Assembly: GCF_963921235.1 (NCBI RefSeq)
Contig: NC_086100.1
Span: forward strand, 204,664,001 to 204,728,000
Source of the DNA: Mobula hypostoma
Lineage: Eukaryota
Direction: 5' to 3'
Length of the DNA stretch: 64,000 nt
The position numbers were made by a program, and so were the translations under genes. Shown piece after piece: positions 1 through 12,708 of this stretch; the first letter of the stretch is position 1; each line of letters starts with the position of its first letter. The notes below the pieces were generated by a model that ran no database searches, was not told the DNA's origin, and saw only the letters and a list, made by a program, of their open reading frames with translations.

Positions 1-136
1 GATATGCCAACAGATCCGAATCCACTGTACAAACCCGTGAACACGAGGAAATCTGCAGATGCTCGAATTTCAAACAACACACGTAAAAGTTGCTGGTGAA
101 CACAGCAGGCCGGGCAGCATCTCTAGGAAGAGGTAC

Positions 137-172
137 AGTCAACGTTTCAGGCCGAGACCCTTCGTCAGGACT
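137..172 (-). ncRNA. Minimal type I hammerhead ribozyme (PLE-associated)
   Basis: Minus strand reads AGTC-CTGACGA-agggtctcggcct-GAAAC-GTT-GACT: stem I AGTC/GACT, intact CUGANGA and GAAA boxes, stem II hairpin, essentially no stem III. Confidence 0.8.
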
Positions 173-472
173 AACTGAAAGAAGACATAGTAAGAGATTT
201 GAAAGTGGGAGGGGGTGGGGAGATCCAAAATGATAGGAGAAGACAGGAGGGGGAGGGATGGAGCCAAGAGATGGACAGTTGATTGGCAAAAGGGATATGA
301 GAGGGTTATGGGACAGGAGACCTAGGGAGAAAGAAAAGGGGGTGGGGGAATACAGAGGATGGGCAAGGGGTATAGTGAGAGGGACAGAGGGAGAAAAAGG
401 AGAGATAGCAAAAAAGAATGTGTGCATATAAATAAATAAATACCGGATTGGGTACGAGGGGGAGGTGGAGCA

Positions 473-799
473 TTAGCGAAAGTTAGAGAAGTCAATGTTC
501 ATGCCATCAGGTTGGAGGCTACCCAGACAGAATATAAGGTGTTGTTCCTCCAACCTGAGTGTGACTTCATCTTGACAACAGAGGAGGCCGTGGATAGACA
601 TATCAGAATGGGAACGCGACGTGGAATTAAAATGTGTGGCCACTGGGAGATCCTGCTTTCTCTGGCAGACAGAGCGTAGGTGTTCAGCGAAACGGTCTCC
701 CGGTCTGCGTCTGGTCTCACCAATATATAGAAGGCCACACCGGGAGCAACGGATGCAGTATATCACCCCAGCCGACTCACAGGTGAAGTGTCGCCTCAC
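473..799 (-). pseudogene. GIY-YIG endonuclease domain of a Penelope-like element
   Basis: FTCESAGVIYCIRCSRCGLLYIGETRRR..RFAEH....VATHF...LEEQHLIF.LGSLQPDGMN: VIY/YIG motifs, CxxC insert and terminal GMN typical of PLE endonucleases. Confidence 0.9.
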
Positions 800-1931
800 C
801 TGTTAGGACTGTCTGGGGCCCTGAATGGTAGTGAGGGAGGAAGTGTAAGGGCATGTGTAGCATTTGTTCCGCTTACAAGGATAAGTGCCAGTAGGGAGAG
901 CTGTGGGGAGGGATGGGGGGATGGTGGGAACGAATGGACAAGGGAGTCGCGTAGGGAGCGATCCCTGCGGAAAGCAGAGAGAGGTGGGGAGGGAAAGATG
1001 TGCTTAGTGGTGGGATCCCGTTGGAGGTGTTGAAAGTTACGGAGAATTATATGTTGGACCCGGAGGCTGGTAGGTGTGGACAAGCGGAACTCTATTCCTA
1101 GTGGGCTGGAGGCAGGATGGAGTGAGAGCAGATGTGCGTGAAATGGGGGAGATGTGTTTGAGTGCGTGAAATGGGGGGAATGACTCTTACAGCTATCTGG
1201 ACTATTCCTCTTCTCACCCTGCCTCTTGCAAAAATGCCATCCCCTTCTCGCAATTCCTCCGTCTCCGCCGCATCTGCTCTCAGGATGAGGTTTTTCATTC
1301 CAGGACGAAGGAGATGTCCTCCTTTTTTAAAGAAAGGGGCTTCCCTTCCTCCACCATGAACTCTGCTATTTCTCTATATTGTTGAGACCCGACGCAGACT
1401 GGGAGACCGTTTCGCGGAACACCTACGCTCTGTCCGCCAGAGAAAGCAGGATCTCCCAGTGGCTACACATTTTAATTCCACGTCCCATTCCCATTCTGAT
1501 ACGTCTATCCACGGCCTCCTCCACTGTAAGGATGAAGCCACACTCAGGTTGGAGGAACAACACCTTATATTCCGTCTGGGAAGTCTCCAACCTGATGACA
1601 TGAACATTGACTTCTCAAACTTCCGCTAATGCCACACCTCCAGCTCGTACCCCATCCATTATTTACTTATTTATATACACTCATACATTTTTTCTCTCTC
1701 TCCTTTTTCTCCCTCTGTTCCTCTGACTATACCCCTTGCCCATCCTCTGCTTTTTCCCCACTTCACCCTTTTCTTTTCCCTAGGCCTCCTGTCCCATGAT
1801 CCTCTCATATCCCTTTTGCCAACCAACTGTCTACCTCTTGGCTCCATCCTTCCCCCTCCTGTCTTCTCCTATCATTTCGGATCTCCCCGCCCATCCCACT
1901 GTCATATCTCTTACTAGCTCTTCTTTCAGTT

Positions 1932-1967
1932 AGTCCTGACGGAGGGACTCGGCCCGAAACGTCGACT
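1932..1967 (+). ncRNA. Minimal hammerhead ribozyme with a core substitution
   Basis: AGTC-CTGACGG-agggactcggccc-GAAAC-GTC-GACT; one change in the CUGANGA box. Confidence 0.65.
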
Positions 1968-4612
1968 GTACCTCTTCCTAGAGATGCTGCCTGGCCTGCT
2001 GCGTTCACCAGCAACTTTTATGTGTGTCGTACATACCCGTGTCCTTCTTTGACGCAGAAGTAACAGACCACCGCGGCAACGATACCAGAGGGGACGAAGC
2101 CTCCAGTCGTTCGACAGAGCTCAGTCCCGATCCATAGCCACCGCCAGCCCCCGATTTACACGAACATAGCACACAGAACATAGAATAGTACAGCACAGTA
2201 TAGGCCCTTCGGCCCACAATGTTGTGCCAATCCTCAAACACTGCCTCCCATATAAGCCCCCACCTTAAATTCCTCCATATACCGGTCTAGTAGTCTCTTA
2301 AACTTCACTAGTGTATCTGCCTCCATCACTGACTCAGGCAGTGCATTCCATGCACCAACCACTCTCTGAGTAAAAAACCTTCCTCTAATATACCCCTTGA
2401 ACTTCCCACCCCTTACCTTAAAGCTATGTCCTCTTGTATTGAGCAGTGGTGCCCTAGGGAAGAGGCACTGACTGTCCACTCTATCTATTCCTCTTATTAT
2501 CTTGTACACCTCTATCATGTCTCCTCTCATCCTCCTTCTCTCCAAAGAGTAAAGCCCTAACTCGCTTAATCTCTAATCATAATGCATACTCTCTAAACCA
2601 GGCAGCATCCTGGTAAATCACCTCTATACCCTTTCCAATGCATCCGCATCCTTCCTATAGTGAGGCGACCAGAACTGTACACAGTACTCCAAGTGTGGCC
2701 TAACCAGAGTTTTATAGAGCTGCATCATTACATCGTGACTCTTAAACTCTATCCCTCGACTTATCAAAGCTAACCCCCTATAAGCTTTCTTAACTACCCT
2801 ATCCAACTGTGAGGCAACTTTCAGGGATCTCTGGACATGTACCCCCAGATCCCTTGCTCCTCCACACTACCAAGTACCCTGCCATTTACTTTGTAACCTG
2901 CCTTGGAGTTTGTCGTTCCAAAGTGTACCACATCACACTTCTCCGGGTTGAACACCATCTGCCACTTCTCAGTCCACTTCTGCATCCTATCAACGTCTCT
3001 CTGCAGTCATTCACAATCCTCAACACTATCTACAACACCACCAACCTTTGTGTCATCTGCAAACTTGCCAACTCACCCATCTTACCCCACATCCAGGTCG
3101 TTAATAAAATCACGAAGAGTAGAGGTCCCAGAACAGATCCTTGTGGGACACCGCTAGTCACATTCCTCCAATTGGAAAATACTCCCTACACCACGACCCT
3201 CTGCCTTCTGCAGGCAAGCCAATTCTGAATCCACCTGGCCAAACTTCCCTGAATCCCATGCCTTCTGACTTTCTGAATAAACCTACCGTGTGGAACCTTG
3301 TCAAATGCCTCACTAAAATCCATATAGATCACATCCACTTCACTACCCTCATCTATATGCCTGCTCAACTCCTCAATCCTCAAAGAACTATATCAGGCTT
3401 GTAGGACACGATCTGCTCTTCACAAAGCCATGCTGACTGTCCATGATCACACCATGATTCTCTAAATGCTCATAGATCCTATCTTTTAGAATCTTTTCCA
3501 ACAGCTTTCCCACCACAGACGTCAGGCTCACTGGTCTATAATTACCCAGACTATCCCTACTACCTTTTTTGAACAAGGGAACAACATTCGCCTCCCTCCA
3601 ATCCTCCGGTACCATTCCCGTGGACATCAACCTCACTTATATTCCCCTCACCATCATCAAGTTCCCTCTCATTGGTGAATACCAAAGAGAAGTATTCATT
3701 GACGGCCTCACTCATTTCAAAAGCCTCCAGGCACATCTTCCCACCTTTATCTGTAATCGGTCCTACCTTCACTCCTGGCATCCTTTTGTTCTTCACATAA
3801 TTGAAGAATTCCTTGGGGTTTTCCTTTACCCTACTCACCAAGGCCTTCTCATGCCCCCTTCTTGCTCTTCTCAGTCCTTTCTTAAGCTCCTTTCTTGCTT
3901 CCCTACATTCCTCAATAGAACCATCTGATCCTTGCTTCCTAAACCTCATGTATGCTACCTTCTTCGTCCTGACTAGATTTTCCACCTCACTTGTTACCCA
4001 TGGTTCCTTCACCCTACCATTCTTTATCTTCCTCACCGGGACAAATTTATCCCTAACATCCTGCAAGAGACCTCTAAACATCGACCACATGTCCATAGTA
4101 CACTTCCCTGCAAAAACATCATCCCAATTCACACCTGCAAGTTCTAGCCTTATAGCATCATAATTTGCCCTTCTCCAATTAAAAATTTTCCTGTCCTCTC
4201 TGATTCTATCCTTTCCATGATAATGCTAAAGGCCTGGTGGTCACTGTCCCCCAGATGCTCATCCACTGAGAGATATGTGACCTGACCCGATTCATTACCT
4301 AGTACTAGATCTAGTATGGCATACCCCCGAATCGGCCTACCTACATACTGTGACAGGAATCCATCCTGGACACACTTAACAAACTCTGCCCCATCTAAAC
4401 CCTTAGAACTAATCAGGTGCCAATCAATATTTGGGAAGTTAAAGTCACCCATGACAACAACCTTATTATTTTTGAACCTTTCCAAAATCTGCCTCCCAAT
4501 CTTCTCCTCTGTATCTCTGCTGCTACCTGGGGGCCTATCGAATACCTCCAATAGGGTAATGGCTCTCTTCCTGTTCCTGGCTTCCACCCATATTGACTCA
4601 AAAGAGGATCCT

Positions 4613-6462
4613 GCTTTTATAGATTTGTAAAAAGGAAAAGACTGGTAAAGACAAATGGAGGTCCCCTGCAGACAGAAACAGGTGAATTGATTATGGGGAG
4701 CAAGGACATGGCAGACCAATTGAATAATTACTTTGGTTCTGTCTTCACTAAGGAGGACATAAATAATCTTCCAGAAATAGTAGGGGACAGAAGGTCCAGT
4801 GAGATGGAGAAACTGAGCGAAATACATGTTAGTAGGGAAGTGGTGTTAGGTAAATTGAAGAGATTGAAGGCAGATAAATTCCCAGGGCCAGATGGTCTGC
4901 ATCCGAGAGTGCTTAAGGAAGTAGCCCAAGAAATAGTGGATGCATTAGTGATAATTTTTCAAAACTCATTAGATTCTGGACTAGTTCCTGAGGATTGGAG
5001 GGTGGCTAATGTAACTCCACTTTTTAAAAAAGGAGGGAGAGAGAAACCGGGGAATTATAGACCGGTTAGCCTAACGTCGGTGGTGGGGAAACTGCTGGAG
5101 TCAGTTATCAAGGATGTGATAACAGCACATTTGGAAAGCGGTGAAATGATCGGACAAAGTCAGCATGGATTTGTGAAAGGAAAATCATGTCTGACGAATC
5201 TGATAGAATTTTTTGAGGATGTAACTAGTAGAGTGGATAGGGGAGAACCAGTGGATGTGGTATATTTGGATTTTCAAAAGGCTTTTGACAAGGTCCCACA
5301 CAGGAGATTAGTGTGCAAACTTAAAGCACACGGTATTGGGGGTAAGGTATTGGTGTGGGTGGAGAATTGGTTAGCAGACAGGAAGCAAAGAGTGGGAATA
5401 AACGGGACCTTTTCAGAATGGCAGGCAGTGACTAGTGGGGTACCGCAAGGCTCAGTGCTGGGACCCCAGTTGTTTACAATATATATTAATGACTTGGATG
5501 AGGGAATTAAATGCAGCATCTCCAAGTTTGCGGATGACATGAAGCTGGGTGGCAGTGTTAGCTGTGAGGAGGATGCTAAGAGGATGCAGGGTGACGTGGA
5601 TAGGTTGGATGAGTGGGCAAATTCATAGCAGATGCAATTTAATGTGGATAAATGTGAAGTTATCCACTTTGGTGGCAAAAATAGGAAAACAGATTATTAT
5701 CTGAATGGTGGCCGATAAGGAGAAGGGGAGGTGCAACGAGACCTGGGTGTCATTATACACCAGTCATTGAAAGTGGGCATGCAGGTACAGCAGGCGGTGA
5801 AAAAGGCGAATGGTATGCTGGCATTTATAGCGAGAGGATTCGAGTACAGGAGCAGGGAGGTACTACTGCAGTTGTACAAGGCCTTGCTGAGACCACACCT
5901 GGAGTATTGTGTGCAGTTTTGGTCCCCTAATCTGAGGAAAGACATCCTTGCCATAGAGGGAGTACAAAGAAGGTTCACCAGATTGATTCCTGGGATGGCA
6001 GGACTTTCATATGAAGAAAGACTGGATGAACTGGGCTTGTACTCGTTGGAATTTAGAAGATTGAGGGGGGATCTGATTGAAACGTATAAGATCCTAAAGG
6101 GATTGGACAGGCTAGATGCAGGAAGATTGTTCCCGATGTTGGGGAAGTCCAGAACGAGGGGTCACAGTTTGAGGATAGAGGGGAAGCCTTTTAGGACCGA
6201 GATTAGGAAAAACTTCTTCACACAGAGAGTGGTGAATCTGTGGAATTCTCTGCCACAGGAAACAGTTGAGGCCAGTTCATTGGCTATATTTAAGAGGGAG
6301 TTAGATATGGCCCTTGTGGCTAGGGGGATCAGAGGGTATGGAGGGAAGGCTGGGGCGGGGTTCTGAGTTGGATGATCAGCCATGATCATAATAAATGGCG
6401 GTGCAGGCTCGAAGGGCCGAATGGCCTACTCCTGCGCCTATTTTCTATGTTTCTATGTTTCT
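4613..6462 (+). mobile_element. 5'-truncated CR1 LINE (family B), RT region and 3' tail
   Basis: ORFs 4687-5628 and 5731-6366 (GVPQGSVLGP, KFADD) split by stops; 3' end gggccgaatggcct plus (ttctatgt)n. Confidence 0.93.
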
Positions 6463-6839
6463 ATTACCCACCCTTTCTGTAGCTGCAATAGTATCCCTGA
6501 CCAGTAATGCCACCCTTCCTCCCCTTTCCCCGGCCCCCCCATCCCTTTTAAAGCACTGAAATCCTGGAATATTGAGAATCCATTCCTGACCTGGTGCCAG
6601 CCAAGTCTCTGTAATGGCCACTACATCATAATTCCATGTATGTATCCAAGCTCTCAGTTCATCACCTTTGTTCCTGATGCTTCTTGCATTGAGGTACACA
6701 CCCTTCAGCCCTTCTACCTTACTGTCTTTACACCGTTATTCTGCTTCTCTTTCCTCAAAGCCTCTCTATATGTTAGATTTGGCTTTACTCCATGCACTTC
6801 TTTCATTGCTCAATCGCTCCGGGTCCCATCCCCCTTGCA

Positions 6840-7780
6840 AATTAATTTAAACCCTCCCGAACCATGCTGGCAAACCTACCTGCAAATATTGCTCCCCCTC
6901 GAGTTCAGGTGCAACCCTTCCAATCTGTACAGGTCCCACCTTCCCCAGAGGAGATCCCAATGATCTAAAAATCTAAAACCCTGCTCCCTGCACCAACTCC
7001 TCAGCCATGCATTCAACTGCCATCTCCTCCAATTCTTACCATCACTGTCACGTAGCACTGGCAGTAATCTTGAGAACGCCACCCTTGAGGTCCTGTTCTT
7101 CAGTCTTCTGCCTAGTTCCCAAAACTCATACTTCAGGACCTCTTCCCTCTTCCTGTCTATGTTTTTGGTACCAACATGTATCACGACTTCTAATTGCTTT
7201 CCCTCTCGTACCAGGACGTCGTGCACCCGGTCAGAGATATCCCAGACCCTGGCACCCGGGAGGCAACAAACCATGCGGGTGTCCTTCTCACGTCCACAAA
7301 AATCTCCTGTCTGCTCCCCTGACTATAGAGTCTCCAATGACGACTGCTCTCATCTTCTCCGTCCCACCCTTCTGCACCACCGGGTCAGACTCAGTGCCGG
7401 AGGCCCTGCCACCGTGGCTCACACCTGGTTGGTCGTCCCCGCCAACAGTATCCAGGACGGTAAACTTATTATTCAAAGGAATGGCTACAGGGGTGCTCTG
7501 CACTACCTGTCTGCTCACCTTCGTTTTCCCCCCTCCGATTGGCACCCAACGACCTGCTTCCGAAAGCCTAGGTGTGACTACCTCCCTGTAGCTCTCATCT
7601 ATGACTGCCTCATTTTCCTTTATGAGTCGAAGGTCATCCGGTTGCTGCTCCAGATTCCTTACATGGTCTTCCAGATCGCCCAACCGTATGCTCTTCTGGC
7701 AGATGTGACTCTGCGGGAGAGGGGCGTTCCCCCAAGACTGCCACATCTCACATGAGAGGCACATCAATGTCAACCAGACA
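6840..7780 (-). pseudogene. CR1 ORF1 with Cys-rich N-terminus, coiled coil and SGNH esterase domain (frameshifted)
   Basis: CLSCEMW...HICQK, VVIGDSIVRG, CCLPGARV, VIHVGTKN, DLYRLEGLHLN in ORFs 7288-7872 and 6876-7274. Confidence 0.85.
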
Positions 7781-7929
7781 TCTTTCCTATTTTCACCAGA
7801 GAACCACGGCGACACCTGGGGTCGGCACTCTGCCTGCGCGCCACGGGCGGCCGGAGATCTGCACATCGCCACAGGCTGTCGGAGGTCTCCGTAGCGCCAC
7901 CGGTGGCCGGAGTGACGACCTAGAATGAG

Positions 7930-9270
7930 TCACAAACCCAAAGGAGTCTGCAGATGTTGGAAAAACCAAACAACACACACAAAATGCTGAAGGAACCCAG
8001 CAGGTCAGATAGCATCTATCGAAAAGAGTCGACGTTTCCAGTTGAGATCCTTCTTCAGGACCGAGAAGGAACGGGGAAATATCTGAATAAAAACGGGGCG
8101 GGTGAGGAAAAGGCTCGCTCGAAGATGACAGTTGAAGCCAGGGTAGGTGGGAAATCGCAAGAGCAGGAGGGGAAAAAAATAGGATAGGAGATTAGACAGC
8201 AGGAGAAAGCGATGGAGTAGTGGTCCCAGGGATAAGCGATGGAGTAGTGGTCCCTTGCTTTCCTGACACACCTAGACCAGTTCCTAGTACTTCAGTGTCT
8301 ATGTCTTGCTTTCGGGTCTGCCATCAACGGTCACCTTATGACACAGAGAGAAATATGAGGCAGTGGAGGAGAAGCGAGGAGGGAGGACAGAATGGGAGAG
8401 GGAAAAGAGAAGGTGGAGGTGGAAGTTAAAGAAATCCATGCTCACAACGTCAAGTTGGAGGTGACTCAGATGCAATATAAGGTGTTGATCCTCCAACCAG
8501 AGAGTGGCCTTATCTTGGTAGTAGAACAATGAACAGGCATGTCAAAATTGGGATGAAGAGTGGATTTTAAATGGTTGGTCATTGGGAAATACAGTTCGTT
8601 GCGGATTGAACGAATGTGCTTGATAAAGCCGTCTCCCAATCTACATCGGGTCTCACTGATGTACGGGACGCCGCACTGGGAGCGCCGGATACAGTAGATG
8701 AGCCCAACAGACCCGCAGGTGAAGTGTTGCCTCACCTGGAAGGGCTGATGGTGATCCTGAATGGAGCTGAGGGAAGAGGTAAATAGGAACTTGGAGCACT
8801 TCCCTCGCTTGGAAGGACATGTTCCAAGAAAGGGATTAGTGGGGAGGAGCGAATGGACAGGGAAATCTCTGTGGAAAGCAGAGTGTTGGCGGGGGGAGGG
8901 GGAGATAAAGGTGTGTTTGGTCGTTGGAGATGAAAGAAGTTGTGGAGGATGATGCCTTGGATGTGGAGGCTCATGGGGCTGCAGGTGAGAACAAGAGGGA
9001 CTCTGTCAATGTTAAGGTGATTGTAAGACGGAGTAAAGGCGGATTTTCAGGAAATAGAACCGATTGGACTGAGATCAGTATCAATGGTGGAGAAAGGGAA
9101 ACCCATACTGTGAAGGAGGAGACCATCTCTGGTGTCAAGGAAAGGAAAACCTCATCCTGTGAGCAGATATGGCGGGGACAAAGCAACAGAGAAAAGGGAA
9201 TAGCTTTTTTACAGGAGTCAAGGTGGAAAGAGGTTTAGTCAAGATAACCATGAAAATCGGTAGGTTTACA
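7930..9270 (-). mobile_element. Older, degenerate Penelope-like element
   Basis: GIY-YIG remnant 8466-8735 (FTCGSVGLIYCIRRSQCGVPYISETR); degenerate hammerhead motif 8027-8062 (CTGAAGA...GAAACGTCGACT on minus). Confidence 0.8.
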
Positions 9271-9624
9271 AACAGAAAGTGCGAGGGTATTTTATGAGCC
9301 CAGCCATCTGCCACCGGCAGTGTCATCCTCGGGTCAGCTGTCACCCGAATGCACCAGGGCGGATGGTAGAGGGTTTAGCAGAGATGGCGAGTGCTGCAGG
9401 CGTCGGAGAGTTTTACAGAAATGGAGAGTGGTATAGGGGATTGAAGGGTTTTTAGAGATGGCGAAGGGTGTTGGCACAATTCTCCACCACTGTGGAAATA
9501 TAATTTACTAGTTATACCAAAATGGTAATGTTGTCTGTAACGAAATGAAACCCGTATTGTATCAGAATGTTTTGCTAATAATGTTCGTGCAACATCATGC
9601 TGAGTGAACCTGAATCCCTGACTG

Positions 9625-11911
9625 TACTAGGTAATGAACCGGGTCAGGACACACATCTCTCAGTGGGTCAGCATCTGGGGGACAGTGACCACCGTTCCCT
9701 GGCCTTTATAATTATGATGGAAAAGGATAGTATCAAGGAGGACAGGAAAATTTTTAATTGAGGAAAGGCAAATTATGAGGCTATAAGGCTACAACTTCCG
9801 GGTGTGAATAGGGATGATGTTTTTGCAGGGAAATGTACTATGGACATGTGGTCGATGTTTACAGATCTCTTGCAGGATGTTAGGGATAAATTTGTCCCGG
9901 TGAGGAAGATAAAGAATGGTAGGGTGAAGGAACCATGGGTGACAAGTGAGGTGGAAAATCTAGTCAGGTGGAAGAAGGCAGCATACATGAGGTTTAGGAA
10001 GCAAGGATCAGATGGGTCTATTGAGGAATATCGGGAAGCAAGAAAGGAGCTTAAGAAGGGGCTGAGAAGAGCAAGACGGGGGCATGAGAAGGCCTTGGCG
10101 AGTAGGGTAAAGGAAAACCCCAAGGCATTCTTCAATTATGTGAAGAACAAAAGGATGACAGGACTGAAGGTAGGACGGATTAGAGATAAAGGTGGGAAGA
10201 TGTGCCTGGAGGCTGTGGAAGTGAGCGAGGTCCTCAATGAATACTTCTCTTCGGTATTCACCTATGAGAGGGAACTTGATGATGGTGAGGACAATATGAG
10301 TGAGGTTGATGTTTTGGAGCATGTTGATATTAAGGGAGAGGAGGTGTTAGAGTTGTTAAAATACATTAGGACAGATAAGTCCCCGGGGCCTGACGGAAAA
10401 TTCCCAAGGCTGCTCCACGAGGCGAGAGACGAGATTGCTGAGCCTCTGGCTAGGGTCTTTTTGTCCACGGGAAAGGTACCGGAGAATTGGGGGGAGGCGA
10501 ATGTTGTTTCCTTGTTCAAAAAAGGTAGTAGGGATAGTCCGGGTAATTATAGACCAGTGAGCCTTACGTCTGTGGTGGGAAAGCTGTTGGAAAAGATTCT
10601 TAGAGATTGGATCTATAGGCATTTAGAGAATCATGGTCTGATCAGGGACAGTCAACATGGCTTTGTGAAGGGCAGATCGTGTCTAACAAGCCTGATAGAC
10701 TTCTTTGAGGAGGTGACCAGGCATATAAATGAGGTAGTGCAGTGGATGTGATCTATGTGGATTTTAGTAAGGCATTTGACAAGGTTCCACACGGTAGGCT
10801 TATTCAGAAAGTTAGGAGGCATGGGATCCAGGGAAGTTTGGCCAGGTGGATTCAGAATTGGCTTGCCTGCAGAAGGCAGAGGATGGTGGTGTAGGGAGTA
10901 CATTCAGATTGGAGGATTGTGACTAGTGGTGTCCCACAAGGATCTGTTCTGGGACCTCTACTTTTCGTGATTTTTATTAACGACCTGGATGTGGGGGTAG
11001 AAGGGTGGGTTGGCAAGTTTGCAGACGATACAAAGGTTGGTGGTGTTGTAGATAGTGTAGAGGATTGTCAACGATTGCAGAGAGACATTCATAGGATGCA
11101 GAAGTGGGCTGAGAAGTGGCAGATGGAGTTCAACCCGGAAAAGTGTGAGGTGGTACACTTTGGAAGGACAAACTCCAAGGCAGAATACAAAGTAAATGGC
11201 AGGATACTTGGTAGCGTGGAGGAGCAGAGGGATCTCGGGGCACATGTCCACAGATCCCTGAAAGTTGCCTCACAGGTGGATAGGGTAGTTAAGAAAGCTG
11301 ATGGGGTGTTAGCTTTCATTAGTCGAGGGATAGAGTTTAAGAGTCGCGATGTAATGATGCAGCTCTATAAAACTCTGGTTAGGCCACACTTGGAGTACTG
11401 TGTCCAGTTCTGGTCACCTCACTACAGGAAGGATGTGGAAGCATTTGGAAGGGTACAGAGGAGATTTACCAGGATGCTGCCTGGTTTAGAAAGTATGCAT
11501 TATGATCAGAGATTAAGGGAGCTAGGGCTTTACTCTTTGGAGGGAAGGAGGATGAGAGGAGACATGATAGAGGTGTACAAGATAATAAGAGGAATAGATA
11601 GAGTGGATAGCCAGCGCCTCTTCCCCAGGGCACCACTGCTCGATACAAGAACACATAGCTTTAAGGTAAGGGGTGGGAAGTTCAAGGGGGATATTAGAGG
11701 AAGGTTTTTTTACTCAGAGAGTGGTTGGTGCGTGGAATGCACTGCCTGAGTCAGTGGTGGAGGCAGATACACTAGTGAAGTTTAAGAGACTACTAGACAG
11801 GTGTATGGAGGAATCTAAGGTGGGGGCTTATATGGTAGGCAGGGTTTGAGGGTCGGCACAACATTGTGGGCCGAAGAGCCTGTACTGTGCTGTACTATTC
11901 TATGTTCTATG
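9625..11911 (+). mobile_element. 5'-truncated CR1 LINE (family A)
   Basis: ORFs 9804-10751 and 10919-11749 (RT: GVPQGSVLGP, KFADD); 3' tail tattctatgttctatg. Confidence 0.93.
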
Positions 11912-11996
11912 CACACCCGCAGTACTTACGCAGTATTTCGTCTTCCACTTCACTGTTTGTTCTCCAAACCTGTCCGAGTCCTTCTGAAGACACCCG

Positions 11997-12708
11997 TGTA
12001 GCCCCCGGTAATCCTCAGGCTCGCTCAGCTCGCTTTCGTCCGGGAGTGCAGCCCTCGGCCCCTCCGAACTGGGTAATCAAGTTTGTGTGGATGCTGTGTG
12101 ATGTACCCCACCCCGCCAAATAACAGGAAATACACCATATGCGATTAAATGATTACAGTTTATAGATATTACTGGAACTATGTAATTAATAGAGATAAAA
12201 TATTAAAGGAAAATAAAAGGCGCCAAACTTATCAAAGTTGACCCACTTCGTGCACAACAGTTGGAGTTCAATTAACGGAGTCTTCTTCCCACCATTCGAT
12301 CATTCCGACCACCTCGACCCGCCGCCTGGGACCAACCATGGTGATCGACCAGACGCTCCACCCGAGCCTGTCTTCGTCTCCTCTCCTCGCCGAAGACCCT
12401 CGGCCTCGGATCCCGCTCGGGGACCGTCCCGTCGGCCAGCTTAGAGCATCGCATCTCCTCTCTCTGACCCCATCGCGCCTCCTCCCCAAAAACCCGCGAA
12501 ACAATAGCTTACAGATACACAAGAAAGAATTACATCTATCCCAATTGGTTCGTTCTACCTCTTATCAATAATATAACCCGAACAAGCTGCGAGAGAGAGA
12601 ACTCCTTACATCGCAGTTATTCTTACAGTAAAGCCATTTTGATTATAACATAACACAGAAGCTATTTTGTTATCCTTCGCAGTAACATAAAAGAAGAAAC
12701 CCCTTACA
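11997..12708 (-). repeat. 3' LTR of the Gypsy element (~712 bp)
   Basis: Minus strand starts TGTAAGGGG right after the purine tract ...tggggggggaagg (12709-12722) and ends ...gggggcTACA. An alternative end at 12097 (...catcaca) cannot be excluded. Confidence 0.7.

Larger units (their letters stand above)
40..2028. mobile_element. Penelope-like element insertion: two inverted arms (minus arm ~40-1180, plus arm ~1181-2028)
   Basis: GIY-YIG remnants on both arms (473-799 minus; ~1370-1630 plus) and matching 3' UTRs in opposite orientation. Flanked by a 13-bp direct repeat gtacaaacccgtg (27-39) / gtacatacccgtg (2029-2041), one mismatch. Confidence 0.88.
2162..7920 (-). mobile_element. Near full-length CR1 LINE (family A), decayed, interrupted by a family-B CR1 at 4613-6462
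   Basis: ORF2 fragments (YLNARSIRNK APE start, [19 protein letters not shown]), ORF1 upstream, 3' tail ...gtactattctatgttctg at ~2165. Sequence is contiguous across the B insertion when compared with the copy at ~61800. Confidence 0.9.

Noticed and set aside
2809..3228. Recurrent antisense ORFs over CR1 copies (also 10958-11251, 15251-15544, 57977-58270)
   Set aside because: They recur only because the LINE is repeated; no independent coding evidence.
8207..8254. 21-bp direct repeat aagcgatggagtagtggtccc
   Set aside because: Only two copies; simple local slippage inside a decayed PLE.
9340..9480. Loose ~40-bp periodicity (...agagatggcga...)
   Set aside because: Too degenerate to define a unit; probably an old minisatellite, not CRISPR-like.
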